In this document: one piece after another, positions 1 through 11,700 of the stretch
How positions within the stretch are numbered: the first letter of the stretch is position 1
Layout: each line of letters opens with the position of its first letter
From: Amoebophrya sp. A120
Taxonomy: Eukaryota > Protista > Dinoflagellata
Direction of reading: 5' to 3'
Assembly: GCA_905178155.1 (NCBI GenBank)
Contig: CAJINV010000014.1
Location: 1,815,984 to 1,879,983 of the forward strand
DNA length: 64,000 nucleotides
Notes under the pieces: model-generated
Seen by the model: only the letters and a program-made list of their open reading frames with translations
Database searches by the model: none
What the model was told of the DNA's origin: nothing
Made by a program: the position numbers and the translations under genes

Positions 1-1190
1 ATTTGGAGAAGCAGTAGCAGCCCCTGTCCCTGAGTTATTTGCAGCTTTATTTGACACGCCACCACCCGCCTTCTTGACGCCTTTAACATTCGAGCTGTTT
101 TTATTTCCTCCTCCTGCACTACTACCACTTTTCCCCCCGCCACTAGAAGTCGCACCGGTATTCGTCAAGGCAGAGAACACCATCGTTGCAGCGGCTTTGA
201 GTTTCGCCTTTGCGCCTTTGGCGTTCGCAAGTGTAGCCCCAGTTGTTCCATCTTTGTCGCCCGTGGCCTGTTTGCTTTTCATCCCTTCCGCCTCGATCTC
301 CAGATTGCGGTCGATCCGGACCTCCATCAGGATGCCTTTGTAGTCGGTGTGGGAGGGTATGATGTTGCGGGTGGAGAGCGGGTCGTCGAGACACTCGCAG
401 CACTGCACTTGAAATTTTTTTTCCGATAATTCCTCGTCGTTCATGATTTCCACCGCCTCCTCGCTGTACCAGCCCGAGAACACCCTTCGCGGGAAGACGC
501 GCAGATTCGGGTCCAGCACCCGCTTCACCTTGCGGATTATGCAATGCAAATTTATAATTCCCGCTTATGGAGGACACACAAAGACATCAACTTGTCATGC
601 AGAATTGGCTTGGAAGGTAAGTTCCGTCATGCAGACGCCGTGTTTGTATTTGTACTATGTAGTTGTTCTTGTAAGGGAATATCACTACATTTCCTGTGGA
701 TACGGATCCGCAACAGTACATCGGCCGCGCTCTTCACTTTACGAGAAAAGTTCATGAGCTTGCCCATGGTGCCGATCGTGCTGCTGGTCGTACTCGACGG
801 GCGCGACCCCGCCCCGCGCGTGCTGGGCCGAGACTTCGCGGCATTCTCGTAGTCGAAGAACGCCCCTTTGGTGTGGATGTCGGTGAAGACCGCTTGCGTG
901 TTGTCCGGCGTTTTTCGCAGCTGCTTCAAGCAGGCACGGACGTGCTTCAGCTGGCTCACCGTCTGATCGGCGTACGGGACCCGCATCCGGCTGCCGGTGC
1001 CATACCGCAGGATTTTCTCGTACAAGTCGTCCTCGAGCTTCTGCTCAAATTTCTCGTAAAATCGCAGGGTCCCAAACTCGTACAGTGGGGGTTTGCGCTG
1101 GGGCGGTGGCAGTTGCGGTGGCGGCTGCGGGCTGGGGGAAGCCGAAGCGCCATTTTCGAAGGAAACCGGCAGCGGCACCTCCTCCGACAT
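1..1190 (-). CDS. 5' part of an unknown large protein; paralog of the 5736-18007 gene; runs off the window
   Basis: ATG at 1190 (MSEEVPLPVSFE...). Near-identical to about 16540-18007. Removing 538-702 plus one TSD joins ...LLRIR|KVKRVLDPN. Confidence 0.75.
538..702. mobile_element. TAT...ATA introner-like insert, shared with the paralog
   Basis: TSD CGGAT at 533-537 and 703-707; ends TATGCAATGCAAA / TTTCCTGTGGATA; same insert at 17076-17238. Confidence 0.85.
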
Positions 1191-1967
1191 GAGTACTTTC
1201 GTTTCCGCCGGAACAAGTATCAAGGTTCCGGCTCTTCCCCTGCCCTAGGAGGTGGTGACTGACGCTCCCGCGCTAGAGGGTCGTGGTCCCCTGTACTAGC
1301 AGGTGGTGCGTCTTGTCGGCGCCGACATGGGTTAACTTTACCTCTAAACGACACAGCATGGCATTTGATGTTCAACTGGAGGGCGAACAGATAACTGACG
1401 ATCATGAAAGAGCGAAGACAGACAGTTTTCCGAGATCACGGCTTATAGCATCTTTACCAGTGGCTACCAATTATGATGAATCATGTAAATTTACAAAACA
1501 ATGGAAAAATCATGTAAATTACAATTTTATGGAGTAATTACAAACCGCGTTGAATGGATAGGGATAGCAGGAGCCCCGAGACCGTAGCAGATCACATCAC
1601 GATGACAGCTGTAGACCACGACTAGCATGATAACGGGACGCTCGGGCTCGCGAAGATAGAAGAAACTCTTGCTCTTATAGCTGAAGAACGACAACGACTG
1701 AGACGATCACGATACATACGATGCATGGTGGCAACGAAAACACTCAGCGCGCCTTTCCCTGGAAGAGAAAGGGGCCACCAGAGCCAGTTCTTGTACCTTT
1801 TTTTCCATCTCACAGCATAGGCACCTCCGTCTGAAACGAAGAAACCTACGAATGTTCGATGCAAATAAATAGCGCTGGACAATATCTGGATTTTCGGACA
1901 AAGTGAGTTTCTCGCGAGGTCGCGCTGCTGCACCAACCTCTAGCGCCCAAGGACATGGCTCGTCTTG

Positions 1968-4900
1968 TTAATCTTCTACATGTACATGTGGAATCAAACT
2001 CCGCAAACTTAATCCATCGGAAACCCCAAACTGCCCCTCCTTGCTTCGGCTATCGGGCTGCAGACCCGGCGCCAAGCCTCCGTGGAAGCCGTTCCTCACT
2101 TTCTCGGCCCGCTCCCCGCCTGCTTGCACCAATGCTTCGAGTTCTAACTTTTGGTGATGTGCTATTTCCACGTCCGTCAATTTACTTGTGCCATCTTTGT
2201 GGTCGTGGCCTTCCTCCGTCTCCTGCCTCTGATCGTTTTTTCTCTCCAAGCCCTCCGCTGGTGCCCCCCTTGCTCGATTGTTGTAATCGGCGAACTTCTG
2301 ATCCATTTTCTCCGCCCCGTTTTGCAAACCAAGCATCACGTCGGCCAGAGGTGTTCCGTTCTTCAATTTTTCTCCTCTGAGGCCCGGGTGGTCCTGCAGT
2401 ATTCTTTCTACTTCCTCTGCGTGTTCCGTGTCTGGCCGTCTCGCAACCACCTGCAACGGGTTTAGTTTGGGCGCATCCTGCTTCATCTGCTGCTGGTGCT
2501 CAGCAGTGCTGCTCTTGTCCATCAGCTCCGCTCGACTCGCCGACGCTTCCGCGTTCTCCTTTTCTTTCATTGTGCTCCTGGTCACCCCCGACTCAGAAGC
2601 GGAAGCGAGCGAATTCAAATTCGTCTCCTTCCTAGTTTCGAAGAAAGACGCGGCTGCGGCGGCAGCTTGTTCCGCCGCTAACTTGCGCGCTGCCAGTTCC
2701 TGCATTCTTTTCGTGCCACGGAGACGGTACCTGTAGTTGGTCGGTGATGCTTATTAGAGGTACTTTTTATGAGCAGTATTAGGCCATCTTCTCATTGGCA
2801 TTGCGCCCTACGTAATACTCGTCTTGTATGTAATGTTCTCGAAGAGTATCACGGAGTACGATTACGACAAATATGCACCTTTTCGGCTCCGGATTGTCAT
2901 CCCCCCGCCCCGAGAGACCTCCTGTACCTCCGGTCTCGGCAATAGCGTCGCTGTCTCCATTCGCGTCGACTTTTGCCGCATCAAAAGCATTGTTGCCGGT
3001 GTTCTGCAAAGCGTCCGCGAAGCAGTTATGCCAGTTCAACAAAGGCACGCAGATAAGTGCAAATTTGGAAAAGTGGGCGTAGTTCTTGCAGCTCGCGTAG
3101 CTAGAAGAAGCGCGTCCTTCTCGAGCTCTACTGTTGATTGGTGAAAACCGTGCGAGTAGGACCATGTCTTGTGTTTGGCTTGCTGTCCTCGACACAATTG
3201 CAAACCCAGTCGCGATCGCTAGAAAGAAACTTGAATAAAACCGTTGCAAACCTAAAATTCCACTAACTTTAGCTTCATCATTTGCCATTTGTAAATTTGC
3301 TGTGCACAATCTGCCAATTTGTGGACGAACTACAGGACTTTTCTACCGATCACACATGAGGACAACTCTAACCCTTCGCTCCCAACAACAGCGAATACTC
3401 CTAGTAAGTATTCCGATGTCTGCCTTCTTTCGACGACCATTCTCTCTGCGATTTTTTTTAATCTTGTTCCACCCGCCATATCTGTTGCGGTGAAGTCAAC
3501 ACCAACTCCACCGGTGTCCAACATCGGATCCTTGAGTAAGAGCCGCCGCATCCTCCAAACAGTCAAGTCCGCGGTAAGCTTTACCTTTATTTTTGAAAAT
3601 GATAAACTTGAACACTCTTTCGTGGTCGTTAGTAACCTCTTCGGCCTTGACATTTTTAGTAAGTGGATCTGCAACAAAAAGCACAAAGACAGTGGCCGCC
3701 ATCTGGTTCTTTCTTAGTAGCACGAAGACCAAGAAGATGCACACTAACTCCAGCTGGCAGAGAATAAAAAACCGATGACCTGAACCTGGTCCACAGTCAT
3801 CGTGGCGCCCAAGTCCACTTGAAACCAGGGGCACTTCTGTCCCACGCCACCATTAGTATCATCGGCAGTTGCAGCCGTATGATCTCCGGTGTGTGCGAGC
3901 GTGTCGATTTTGCCGTCGATCAAGTTGGCGGCTGGTGATGTGCATGCATAGCTACAAGTGTATCATACTAGTGTATGCGCATCGCATGACAGCTAATTTT
4001 TCTAACAGGAAAACTGGATTAGGATTTTGCCATGCTGGTTTTCCATACGAACCAGGAAGAGAGTCATGGTGCATACCTACAGTTACGTATCGTTTTCTTT
4101 ATTTTCACTACGAGTACGATACTTTCGCAGAGGATATTAGGCCTCTATGCTCGCTAGATGCGGTGACCGCTTTGACATTCAAATCTTCACCAGCGGTTTT
4201 TATGTTGGATCCAGCAATTGCGATTGTCTTCGACCGGGCTCTGCTGGATCTCCGCGCGTCCCGGAGGACCCCCTGCGCAGCGCTCACGACACCAGCTCGT
4301 TCCCGCTGCAGCCCTTCTGTGTATCTTCTGTTTGGTTCGCCGCCAGTTCTTTCTGCAGGACCCGAGCCACCACGGCCATTGTAGGGAGCCATAGAAGATC
4401 TTGATCTTGTGCTATTTGTGTTTCCTGACGTCCGTGGGCTCCTACCCGGAGAACTGTTTGCCGATTGTACTAGTTCGGCGCTCTTCAGCTTCGCCTTCGC
4501 TGCCGGATGTGACATCATGCCTGTTGCGGGACCGGCGCTGTCACTCAAGGAAGCGGCTGGCGCGGCGTTGCCAGTGCGACGGTTTCTTCTTTCGGCCATC
4601 CGCGGCCGGTTCTGGCCGCCGGTGCTGTCGTCGTGTGCCGCACTGGACACTACAGCCTCGCCCCGGCCATTCGCCTCCAGTAGGTACTGGGCGGAATTGT
4701 AGCTCGCGGCCTCCTCCATCTTGGTCTTGTAGCGCTCCACCACGGGGGACGACACCGGTCTGCTCGCGCTGCTCGGCTCCTGCGCGGGTAGTTCTTGTTC
4801 CTTCTCCTGACGCAATCGCCTCGTCGCCGGCGTCGACCAGGAGGTTTCGTGTTTTTTCCCGGAGTCCTCCGCTTCCCAGACGGCAATTTTGTCCCCAGAG

Positions 4901-5103
4901 TGTATTCGTGTGTGGTCCTGCACATCGAGCCCCGCGACCCCGGCCGCGAGATGAAGAAGGACTACGAGATGAAAAACCACTAGTACTAGCGTAAGGGACG
5001 AGGTGCTGGAGTGAGAAGCGGTAAGACTCCTCGTTCTGCGGTCTGCAGAAAGCGGACTCACAGTGTGCTTCCGCAGGGGCCGTCCTGCAAGTATGGACGT
5101 CAT
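1968..5103 (-). CDS. multi-exon putative secreted/membrane protein with a possible discoidin (F5/8 type C)-like domain; exon borders approximate
   Basis: Hydrophobic N-terminal segment (LTLVLVVFHLVVLLHLAAGVAG). VTASSEH, then an exon at about 3785-3870 reading CPWFQVDLGATMTVDQVQ, which resembles the discoidin W-x-Q-V-D-L-G motif. ORFs 3330-3686, 2779-3309 and 1968-2705 are co-oriented. Confidence 0.4.
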
Positions 5104-5735
5104 CTTGTGTCTCCTTTTATTCTTCTTACGTAACAGTACGTTGCAAAACGACCTTCCAAGTCCAAGACACCAGCATGCAATAGTTATGCAGGTAGCGGTC
5201 AAACAAAAATTTAATTTTCTCCCACCTAGCTGTGCATTCATCATCTGCTCGAGTTGTGGTCATTGGTTTTCAACATTTTCCAATAGCTACAGCCAATAGC
5301 AGCTGTAGCAACGTAGAGCGAGTGGAAACAGTCCGCACGACACTCCATCACACACGACGCAGCACTCTTATCAAATCCATCAATTGATTCTCATTTTCTC
5401 GTAAAGCCTCCGCAGAGGTCGACGCGAGGGTACTGCCGCACCGCTCAATACTAAAAACAGGATCGAATGCGATAAACCAAAAGTCAACAGCACTAATCAC
5501 ACGAATACCTCAGAATAAAGAACAAGTGCTGTGTGGTGTTCGATCATATTTCAGCTTCGTCCGCCTGTCGCGTTTCTGGGTTCCCGTTTCAAAATTTCTG
5601 TTTCCGACGGTACTATCGAAGCTCAAGTTGCTCTTTGTGTCAGGTTTCTACTATTTCTTCGAAAGTACTACCTGGGTGACGAGATGCACACCTTTCGTTT
5701 GGCTCATTATCGGCGTCCTGAGGCCGGGATCCTCG

Positions 5736-8700
5736 TCATGTAAATCCCTGCTCATCAGTTTCTTCGAAACCAGTGTCCTCCTCCACGCCGAAGTATTCAT
5801 CGTAGAGTCTCTGCGCCACGTCGGAAAGCTTTTCGCACAACAGCCTCTCCCCCCACACCTCCAAAAACGCCTGCACAATCTGCAGAAACGGCTCCACGGT
5901 TACCACGGTACTAGAAGACGATTGTTTGTTGTTCACTGCGACAGCAGCTGTTGTGGTCATGGCAGAGAACAACGCGTCTGCGGTTGGTATGCATTGCAAA
6001 AGTATCGCACTCGTATATTATACGCATTACAAATTTCCCCAGCATGAGAAATGAAATTTGTAATGCGGATTTACCTTAACAAAAGGATTTGCAATGCATG
6101 ACTGCAATACGAGTGCGATACTTTTGCACAGGATAGTTGGGGGCGGTCTGCTATTTCGCATTGCAGAAACCAGTAAACTGTCAGCGAAGGAGGGAGATGA
6201 AGTAGCACCAGCTGCACCACTTCTAGAAGAAAAAGCATGAGATGAAACATCAGAGCTTCTAGTACCGAAAGAAGTGAAGCACGAAAAAGAGGCTTTGCTC
6301 ACTCGCTTTTCCCTTTCCTTCTTACTCTCCTTCCCGATCTGCAGGTCCGGAGTCCAGTCGTTGTCGAAATCCTTCCGGCTGTTTGACAAAAGTTCCGTCG
6401 AGATTTTTTTCCAGATCTTTTTCGAAACTTGAAACTGCTCGTCCAGAGGCTTTTGGTTTTCGTTTCGCTGGAGGAAATCCTGAATCGTCAACTTCAGCGG
6501 GTCGTGGAGACCCGTAGACTTGTAGTTTTGCAGAAAATTTTCCACCATGCTGGAGCTGCTCTTCGTAAAATTGATGGCTGATGTCGTTGCCCCGCTACCT
6601 CCCCCCGCGCCCGCAGCAGGACGGTCCCCTTGCTGCACTTTCCGAGAAGCCGCGCCGCGGTGCAAATCTCGCAAGATGCCGGAAGCGGAGGCACTGTTTC
6701 GGTTTGCATAATTTCCCCTCCGCGAAGATGAGGTGGAAGCCGAAGAGGTTCCAAAAATCGTGCTTTGAGAACGATTCCCACGCAACACTCCTGACGTACT
6801 CGCACTTCCACTGCGAAATTGTAATCTCGCTGTTGTTGAGCTTGTTGCCTTCGAAGAAAAAATCGCTGTTGCCGCGCCTGCGCCCGCACTTTCTCTTCGT
6901 CCCAGCAAAAACTGTCTCCTTTCCCTTTCCGCGGAAAATTCCTGCTCCGAGGCTGCTGCGGCAATGCGGAACAGGCTTAGCGCCTCGATCAACACGCGGC
7001 CTTTCAACCCCGAGGGCTCGTGGTAGGCGACGTCATCATTTTGATTGCCGCTTTTCGTTTCGTTCCTTCCATGTGGTATCCCGAAACCCGAGCGGCCCGT
7101 TGGACCGCACCGTTGGGGCTGGGTAAAGCGTACTGGGCCTATCTAACAAAACCGAGGCCCAGCACGCCTCACCACCACCTTGCCAAAAGGGCAAGACCCC
7201 TCAGAACCCCACCGCAGGTGGTTGAATGAGGGGAGACCCAGCCCCGCCCCCATTGCCCTCGGCAAGGCACAACGCGGACGCGAAGAGAGAATCCCCGCAA
7301 CGAGAGACGAGAAAGTACGGGACCGAACCAAAGAAAAAGTACCGGTGGGTAGTCGCGAACACGCCCCACTGAGTGGGATCCGAAAGCTGGCGTTGGCCAG
7401 AAAAGGAGCAAAGCAACCTTCCAAAGTTGGAGGAAATCCATGAAACAGAGTGGATATGCCATCGACAAGTACCTGCACACAAAATCCGCTCACATGTACA
7501 AAAACACTCCCAGGAAAGCCTGAAGTGCTCAAACTTGAGCAAGCAAATCCTCAGCCGGAATCGACTGGAGCAACTCGCAAGGGTCTTCCAGTGGTGTAGC
7601 CACTGTGGTCAGGAACCTCTGAATTTCGTCCGTCAAAGCTCCACAGGAGAGCAGCTGCACCCGGGCTACCCGACAAAACTGCGCCCACAAAGCGTCGCGG
7701 GTAGTTGCGTCCGCAACATTTTCCCCGGAGGGGAGCCACTCAAAGTACGGCACAATGGCAAAGCGGGCACACAAACTCCAAAATAACGCCGCGACCACCG
7801 ACAGGTGGGCGCGCTGCAAATGTGGAACGACTTCACCCCGTTGTAGTCCAAAACAGCCCGCGCAAGACTTTCCGCAGGCACATCTACCGAGGACAGAGAA
7901 TCAAGCGGGGAAGGCGCCCGCTGATGTGCTAATAATTCGGAGCGAGAGATCCCAAAGGCCTCGACGTCACTGTCACTGAAATCCTGCGCCACCTTTCTCT
8001 TCTTGACCGGCGGCGGACCCTTGCGGGCCGGGATCTCTTCTTCCCCTTCTTCCGCTAACAGGGCCGCACAAATTTCCTCTTCATCTACTTCCCGGGCCCC
8101 CAAGGCCGGAGCCTTCATCTTCGCGGCCGGTTTGGCTACGGCTTTCGCAGCTTTAGCCTTGTGGGGAGGCGCCTTCCCCTTAGGCTTGGCCGGGGCCTTA
8201 GCCTTAGCCGGGTGCTTCGCTTTCGCCTTCGCGGGCATGGTCTCTATCTCTAAGCAAGGTGCTAAGTGAGAAGCGTGTGAGTATACTGTGGAATTAGGCG
8301 GCAAGCTACACTTGCGCGCACCTAGAATGTCCCCTGTGAGAATGTCGAAGCAGATAAAAACAGGCAGCGTGTATGGTACCCGCGCCTAGTGGAAGGGGGG
8401 GAGGGGGATCTCATTTACCAGTAGCAAACTTTGCAGGGATTTCTAAACCGACCCCGATAGACCTAGAGCCCCAGCTCTCATCATGTCATCTCGTGCCAGC
8501 CCCTAGCTGGGGATCCTCTAGATTTCTGACCCAGTACCACGCATTTTCGTGGTAATAATTTGGATTTTTTCAGATGGTAGATTATTCCAACGCGAGTCTG
8601 AACATGATTTAGGTTGCAGTAGAATTGTCAAAGGTTCTGGCTGGGCCTCAACATATCGAGGAACTGAGGTAGGCGGGGGGCGGGGCCTTTCAACCCCGAG

Positions 8701-11700
8701 GGCTCGTGGTAGGCGACGTCATCATTTTGATTGCCGCTGTTAGAAGTCCGCTGGTCTTGCTGTTGACGGTCTCCAGTGCTGACGAACTGGTTCGGAAACG
8801 CGCCGCATTTATCGAGGGAAAAAAATTCGTGGTCGTGGGGGGACGCTGTGTAGAAAGACTGGCGAAACAGCAGTTGGGCGATGCTGTCGGGCTGTTTGTT
8901 GGCGACGAGATCCTCCATCGTGTGCTTTTCAACTTCCGGATACACCACAACGTGTTGCGTCGGCGACGTGTTGTGCAGAAAATGGTGGAGAAACGAATGT
9001 TCGGGCAAGTCCGGGCGGAAGGGGGAGCGCGAATCGGGTACAAGTCCTCGTCTCGTGGTCCGCTCGTGCTTGGCCTGATTGTTGCCCGGCGCAGCCGCGC
9101 GTTGTACCTCGGAAGAAGAAACTGTGCCGAAGTTGAAGGAATAGGCACCAGCTCCATGATCTGCGCTTTGCTGTGGGAAAGAGACCGGCTTCGCAAAGAG
9201 GTAACACCGCGTGTCGAACCGCTTGCGGCGATCCGTCAGGGTTTCCTCCGCGGCCGGCGCGGTGCTGGTCGTACTGTGGTCTCCGAACGTGCTACTAGCT
9301 CTGCTTTTCTCGTCGTCAACAGCTTTTTTCATTACAGGGGCTTTCGCCTTCTGCTCAACACCTACCTGCTCACCAGTTCCACCCACGACGACGTCAAAAT
9401 TCCCCGCTGATGTTATCTCTCTATCGTCTCCAGGAGATGACGTTGCTGCCCGAGCTTGCTCCTTCATCTTCTCCAAAAATTGTGGCAAATCTGCAGTGAA
9501 ATGCTCCATTTCCTCCGATCCAGGCACCGTGATCATGCTCAGAACCGGGTAGATGGCGTTGTAATTTTTCACTGGTTCATCTACTTTGGATGAAGTAAAC
9601 GCGGCGAACGCGGGAGCTACTTGTAGCTGATCCACCGACGACGACGTCGACGCAACTGCGTTACGACCTCCGAGTGCCGTGACAGTGTCGGGGTCAGCCT
9701 CAACATCTCCTGTTCCTCCAAATGAGCCTCCCACATCGGGGGCACTGAGATGAAACGTAGAAGTACCACGCGTCCTCCCGTCGACATCCTCGCTTTGGTG
9801 CTCGTCGTTCGTGAAAAAGATTACCGGTGCGTAGCTGTTGGCCAACCGCTTGTTTTTCCGCGCGATCAGCACGCTCACGTCAATGCCCTTCTTCACCTCT
9901 TCCCCCCGTTCGGCCAAAAACCTCTCAAAGTCCGCGCCCCGCCACACAAAATGCTTCCACGCTAACCGCCTCCGCGCGAACCACTTTAGCTTCTCAAACC
10001 GCGTCGCGACCGGGTCCTTGCTCCACTCCGGAATCCCCGTATCAAATGTAAAAATGTCTGGGTCTGGAAGAATTCATGTTTGTCATGCTTGTCTGGCGTG
10101 ACTCTTAAATCTGTCATGCACGTTACCTAAGAGCTCCGTTTTTTTGTGATGCAAAAGCGCAGTTTGTCATGCAGAATAGGCAACACCTAGGAGCTCAGAA
10201 ATTTGTCATGCTGCGCCAGCATTTGCAGCCTCATCATGAGACGCCACCCAGCATTACAAGTTTCCAGACCCAGACATTTTTACATTTGATACCCCGGCTG
10301 GGTCAGCAAATTTTGCCAGCACTTCCGCCAACAGGACCCGAGGTTGGATTTCGTATGGGAGTGTCAGCACTGAAATCGACAAAGTTGAAATAATTTGTAA
10401 TGCATAAAATCGATACCAGTTGGAAGCCCAATTTCCAAGCGGTGCATGACAAATTTCGGCACCGTCTAAATCCAGTCTGTCATGCTGTTTAGGGACAGAA
10501 GGCGTCTTTTGTCATGCTACTTTAGCAGCTCTACCGCAGACCCCAAGCATGCTCACGGTCGGCCTTGCTTGCCGCCCCTGCAAAAGAGGCACTTCATGCC
10601 TTGCAATTTGTGCATAAGAAATTCTTTCAACTTTGACGAGTTCAATCCTGACGCTTCCATATTTCGGGATGGGTCCGTAAAAGTTCTCTTCGTACTTCTG
10701 CCCAAAAGGCATTTTCGAGGTCGTGGCCCGGAAATACAGCTTGCATAACGTCTCGGAATGCAGGATTTCCTGCTGCTTGATGGGCTCAGGGTTGAAGATT
10801 TGCTGTGCTTTTTTTTCTTCTTCTTCCTCCTCTTCCTCCGCTGCTTGTAGTTGAGCTGCTCCTTCTTCGCGTCGCGCTGTGGACGAATCAGGTAACTGTT
10901 GCCCAACATCTTCTACATCCTCGCCGGTGGTGTTCGTGGACATGGTCTTCTCCTTTGCACCTGAGCCAGACGCGCTAGGGCTAGTACCGGGTTGACAATT
11001 AGTACGATAATTACCGGTGCCAGCAGTCGCACCAGTCTCACGTCTTTCCTTTTCCTCTTCCAGTGCGCGATTTTTTAAGAACAACACTTCTTCCGTTCTC
11101 CTATTCTCTTCCATTTCTTCGAACTTCTTCAAAATCTTCGGTTCCTCCGCCTTCAAATTGAAGGCCAGAATGTCCGCCGGGTTCGCCTTTTTCCCGCGCA
11201 TAAAGCTGTCCATGTCGGTATGGCGCTCTCAACTGTTACGCCCTCAACTGTTACATGATTTGCCATGCAAAATTGCCGTGACTAGCAACGCCGTCAAGCT
11301 GCTTCGCGTGACAAATGCTCAGACGGCCAAACAGGCTGAGAATCTGTGCTGCGAAATCTGTCACGCAAGACGCGCAAGGTCCTTCCTTTCACTTTTGCCA
11401 TTCTTGCGTTGCAAATTCATGCAACAGTTGAGAATGTAACATTTGAGAACGCCATAGTCGGAAAGGTGAGTGTGTTTGGAGAACGCGGACAGGCAAACCG
11501 TGATCGGCTTCAAATCCGATTTTCTCAACACTGGGAGCGATGGATAGGCTTTCGTGTTGTTGTTGGTTGGTGCTGCTGGGGGAATCGATGTAGTTCTTGC
11601 AATAGGTTGATCACCTCCACCTTGTTCAAACGAAACCACTTTGCTGGCCGTTTCTTGTGGTCCTGTGTTTGTCGTGCCGGCGGAGGTTGGTGGAGCGACG

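Noticed and set aside
7666-8304. Histone H1 gene (PAKAKAK-rich ORF)
   Set aside because: Similarity is compositional only; the ORF lies inside the duplicated-flank insert and abuts an RNase H fragment, so a gag-like remnant fits better.
8620-8685. HDV-like ribozyme at the retroelement 5' end (TTCCTCG loop-like motif)
   Set aside because: I could not build the P1/P3 pairings around the motif.
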